This document shows positions 37,924 through 39,512 of a stretch of DNA of 39,512 nucleotides, in pieces (within the stretch, counting starts at the first letter, position 1; every line of letters begins with the position of its first letter). A program made the position numbers and the translations under genes. Source of the stretch: Deltaproteobacteria bacterium. Its GTDB lineage: Bacteria > Desulfobacterota > Syntrophia > Syntrophales > Smithellaceae. The notes below the pieces were generated by a model. It saw nothing but the letters and a program-made list of their open reading frames with translations. It did not search any database and was not told the origin of the DNA. The DNA lies in the NCBI GenBank assembly GCA_025355175.1, contig JANYAF010000246.1, positions 1 through 39,512 on the forward strand, given 5' to 3'.

Positions 37924-39053
37924 AAGTTTTGAATATCAATGTGTCACTTGACCCTCTAACCGGCGGTGGTGGAACCGAAAGAACTGTCCAAATGAGTCGT
38001 TTTTTGTCTGGTCATGCGCAGAGTTGCACGATTCTTACACTTGATATCGGATTAACCTGTGAACGAATTGAAGAAATGGCTGGAGTGAAGGTGATCGCTT
38101 TGCCTTGTTTGATTGAGCGATTTTATCTTCCCAGATTCTCTTATTCGGCTATTCAAAAAATCGTTGGCAACAGTGATATTATCCATCTGATGGGTCATTG
38201 GACGTTTCTAAATGCACTTGTTTACTATTTTGTGCGTCAACAAAAAAAGCCTTATGTGGTGTGCCCCGCGGGATCTCTTTCGATCTTTGGCCGTTCTAGG
38301 TTACTAAAACACGTATACAATACTGTGGTTGGAAATGCCTTGATACGTGGAGCTAACCGATGCATAGCAGTCACTGAATTAGAAAGAGAAATTTTCTCCA
38401 CCTGTGGAGTGAGACCGGAACGAATATCGATTATTCCCAATGGGGTGGACATTGCGTCAGTACCAGCCCAATTGGATGGTGCGCGCGCGCATCTGGGACT
38501 ACCCGAACGCCCTTTTATCCTTTTTTTGGGACGGTTGAATTCGATCAAAGGACCTGACCTATTGCTGGATGCTTATGCTCAACTTAAAGATCCGCCCTAT
38601 GATTTGGTATTCGTGGGTCCAGATGGAGGGCTCTTGAATACTTTACGGGAACAATGTGTTCAATCTGATCTGGCCGATCGAGTTCATTTCGCCGGGGCGT
38701 TGCATGGAAACGATAAATATCAGGCGTATTATGCCGCATCTGCGCTTGTAATACCCTCCCGTAAAGAAGCAATGTCGATAGTTGTGTTGGAAGCTGGAGC
38801 AACCGGTACGCCCGTATTATTGACCAGTGAGTGTGGTTTCGATGAAGTGGAAGAATATGGTGGTGGATTTGTAGTTCCTCCGACTGTCGATGGTCTAAAG
38901 GGTGGTTTGGAAAGATTGGTACGAAGAGAAAATGAACTTGATAAAATGGGCAATGCACTTAAAAAACACGTGGTCGAGCATTACTCATGGGAATCAATTG
39001 CCAAGATTTACGAAAGGCTGTATGCGGAGATTCTTGAAGAACATCATGGCTAA
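37920..39053 (+). CDS. GT4 (GT-B) glycosyltransferase
   Basis: GGGTER, IIPNGVD, FLGRLNSIKGPD and PSRKEAMSIVVLEA (Ex7E). Confidence 0.88.
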   Translation: MKVLNINVSLDPLTGGGGTERTVQMSRFLSGHAQSCTILTLDIGLTCERIEEMAGVKVIALPCLIERFYLPRFSYSAIQKIVGNSDIIHLMGHWTFLNALVYYFVRQQKKPYVVCPAGSLSIFGRSRLLKHVYNTVVGNALIRGANRCIAVTELEREIFSTCGVRPERISIIPNGVDIASVPAQLDGARAHLGLPERPFILFLGRLNSIKGPDLLLDAYAQLKDPPYDLVFVGPDGGLLNTLREQCVQSDLADRVHFAGALHGNDKYQAYYAASALVIPSRKEAMSIVVLEAGATGTPVLLTSECGFDEVEEYGGGFVVPPTVDGLKGGLERLVRRENELDKMGNALKKHVVEHYSWESIAKIYERLYAEILEEHHG

Positions 39054-39129
39054 TCAAGCTGGTTATAGGCGCATTCTGTGTCCACGAGCTGAAAATTGAG
39101 CATATTTGAATAATTAGGGGAAAACAAAC

Positions 39130-39512
39130 ATGTTTGAGCACAAGGTGTTATTAATAACCGGCGGGACCGGCACCTTTGGAAATGCTGTGTTAAGGCGATT
39201 TCTTAATACCGAAATCTCTGAGATTCGTATTTTTTCCCGCGATGAAAAAAAACAAGATGAGATGCGCAATGCCCTAAAAAGTACCAAGGTCAAATTCTAC
39301 CTTGGAAATGTGAGAGATTATGACAGCATTCTTCTTGCTATGCAAAATGTAGATTTAGTTTTTAATGCTGCAGCACTAAAGCAAGTTCCGTCTTGTGAAT
39401 TCTTTCCTGTAGAAGCCGTTCGCACTAATGCACTAGGCGCCGAAAAAGTAATGAATGCAGCCTTGGCCTGCAGTGTCCAGAACATGATTGTCCTGAGTAC
39501 CGATAAAGCCGT
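39130..39512 (+). CDS. fnlA: UDP-GlcNAc 4,6-dehydratase/epimerase FnlA/WbjB/CapE (3'-truncated; missing from the ORF track)
   Basis: Manual translation: MFEHKVLLITGGTGTFGNAVLRRFL..FSRDEKKQDEMR..AAALKQVPSCEFFPVEAVRTN..LSTDKA; open to the window end. Confidence 0.88.
   Translation, partial: MFEHKVLLITGGTGTFGNAVLRRFLNTEISEIRIFSRDEKKQDEMRNALKSTKVKFYLGNVRDYDSILLAMQNVDLVFNAAALKQVPSCEFFPVEAVRTNALGAEKVMNAALACSVQNMIVLSTDKA

Noticed and set aside
38480-38491. (GC)5 dinucleotide run
   Set aside because: Short, in frame within an intact GT4 gene, with no sign of slippage.
101-39141. Numerous short minus-strand and alternate-frame ORFs in the ORF track
   Set aside because: They overlap well-supported + strand genes and show no recognisable motifs, so they are treated as shadow ORFs.
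1-39512. CRISPR arrays, tRNA/rRNA genes, IS or integrase genes
   Set aside because: No repeat-spacer pattern, RNA gene signature or transposase/integrase motif was seen by eye; the parB gene alone does not establish a mobile element.

Overview
The window is one co-oriented (+ strand) bacterial surface-glycan locus (Wzx/Wzy/Wzz type), cut at both ends: a class I/II aminotransferase at the left and an FnlA/WbjB-type dehydratase at the right. The gene content suggests an anaerobic Gram-negative organism (inference only). From left to right: (1) pglF/capD-like dehydratase, wzz with a 9-bp tandem repeat, and an orphan ParB-family CTPase/HTH gene coupled to wzz; (2) a ~10 kb cassette with two large GT-C-like membrane proteins, a GtrB/DPM1-like GT2, two SAM methyltransferases, a B12-dependent radical SAM enzyme and an AsnB-type amidotransferase; (3) a full legionaminic-acid-type pathway (legB, legC, neuC, neuB, neuD, ptmE, ptmF, neuA, ptmA) interrupted by a second B12 radical SAM gene and an extra acyltransferase; (4) wzx split at a T9 tract, a nonulosonate-transferase-like gene, an FkbM-like gene, a cupin/per/N-methyltransferase trio, glycosyltransferases, wzy and epimerases. 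The best leads are a possibly C-methylated nonulosonic acid, the STT3-like GT-C cassette and the orphan ParB with a candidate operator. I saw no RNA genes, CRISPR arrays or transposases. All calls come from motif recognition by eye; no searches were run.
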